Positions 62,801-64,000 of a stretch of 64,000 nucleotides of DNA are shown here, one piece after another. Made by a program: the position numbers and the translations under genes. Origin of the DNA: Octopus vulgaris. Taxonomy: Eukaryota. The notes below the pieces were generated by a model. It did no database searches and was not told where the DNA came from. It saw only the letters and a list, made by a program, of their open reading frames with translations. The stretch covers positions 96,968,001 to 97,032,000 of the forward strand of contig OX597817.1 of the NCBI GenBank assembly GCA_951406725.2, given 5' to 3'. The stretch's first letter is position 1. Each line of letters starts with the position of its first letter.

Positions 62801-64000
62801 TGCCAAGAGGCCACGATATTCTCCATGCTAGCTCTATCTCTTCAGTGTTCTGTAGGGATGGGTAGATAGCGTTTGGATGTTGAGTGTGCCTCTAAGCTTC
62901 ATCAGGTGTCTAAATGGTTAGGAGAGCCGATACATACAAGAGTCAGTTACTAATAGATACAGTATATTTTTCTTATTCAAGAGGGCATAAGAAGAAAAGG
63001 AGCAATACTTAGAGTGTGAGAGGAGTAAAATTTAGTAAAATGGATTAGTTATAGGAAAGGGAAATATGTCATAGATTTCAAGTGTTGCCTTCCAAGATTC
63101 ATGTTATTTTGTCCAGTGAGGAATAGGTAGGTATATTCGTTCTAAAGATGAGTTTTTTAAGAAGGGTAAATTTAGGCAGTGATTCTTATTTTGTTTACAT
63201 ATAAATATATGTTATGTTTGTGTTTACAGTGGTGTTCATTATTTTTTCGATCAACAAGTCTCTGAATCCTTGTGTGCAGTGGTTATGGTCAGTCCTGCAA
63301 CCTAATTGGTCAGCTATTTTTTGAAAACTATAACACAGTTCCAGTTCATTGATGGTTAACAGATAACACAAAAACAAATCAGATAAATAAATAAGTAAAT
63401 AAATAAATTAAAAAAATAAATGGATAAAAAACTGTGGCCACTATGGGCAAGTAGGAGAGCAGAATAACATTCAAACTAGATTAAATTGAATTAAATTAAA
63501 TTAAATTAAGACAAGTAAATAAATAAATAAATGGGTATGTGAGTGAGTACAATAACTAAAGCAATACGACTAAGGGGATATGATCTTAAGGGACAGCGTA
63601 AGAAAAAAAAAAATTATTTCAACCATATAGAAATAAAAATAAAAATCTAAAATATATATCTATCAGGGGAATCAGCTATATTGTTAAACATAAAATATAG
63701 AAATTGGACAGAGGATTCATTTTTGTTGGTAGGTGTAATAAGGAGGATTTTCTGACAAGGGACAACAAATGGAACGGACCGGATCGATTGCTTGTTTTTC
63801 TGAGTTATAGTTCTGTTGTGTCTGGGGAGAGTCATTCTCTTTTAGTGCCTTATTATTTAACACACTCACTGGTAGAATTTCCACTTTTTTTTTCTTATTT
63901 CTATTTTCTAAAATTTTTGTTGCGTCTTGCAACCTTTTCAATAGTTTTGATTCTTTCTGTTATTTACACTGCATTTCTTTTTTGTTTGTTTCAGTTATAT

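Overview
AT-rich, microsatellite-dense eukaryotic (animal) DNA. The SINE/RTE/Penelope/Tc1 repeat complement looks like an octopus or other coleoid cephalopod genome (inference from repeat style, not verified). The ORF track mostly misses a multi-exon + strand host gene that I assembled by hand from 11 phase-compatible GT-AG exons (1850-60919; first and last exons not identified). It encodes a signal-peptide-like N-terminus, a MIB/HERC2 domain and at least three divergent CUB domains: FIFKFLFANCFTFIALGCPKEFLDNLKPGVYVMRGPHWKWGNQDGGIGSLGKIIDHRT*NGWVSVKWDSGRTNLYRVGFQNSCDLVIVGHNYTQCIVQPQNNTFNTAFIFPSDKTFLNSKIFNYCQRKMVSSRSDRIISFTLLWYNENSCNITVYEGSSNKGENYGNACQNKISTYHSRNNSLFIEFFLKEETDKAGFIGSIQSEEPECKEPYNKFINGGESGYIQPPYNNIILITPLKCQWALTTNSSHVFQINLVKFEELSYLDIYDGNTLIEHLNDKIHQYTTKTPMLGLFYNKPNIFSSGFVLTYKTIPRVKKTCPENKVYKYPGIKDQFMISTASGTDYNLPDYCHFTLHTDESSYIELDLQQLDINNSCLPSYLDMSINN. 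A single in-frame TGA (22615-22617) lies in the MIB/HERC2 domain and every other exon is open. The introns hold Penelope-like elements with hammerhead motifs and fold-backs, a near-intact IR/DR Tc1, other Tc1/mariner relics, two decayed Gypsy elements, RTE and RLE-type LINEs, tRNA-derived SINEs and a fold-back element carrying a TTAGGG array.
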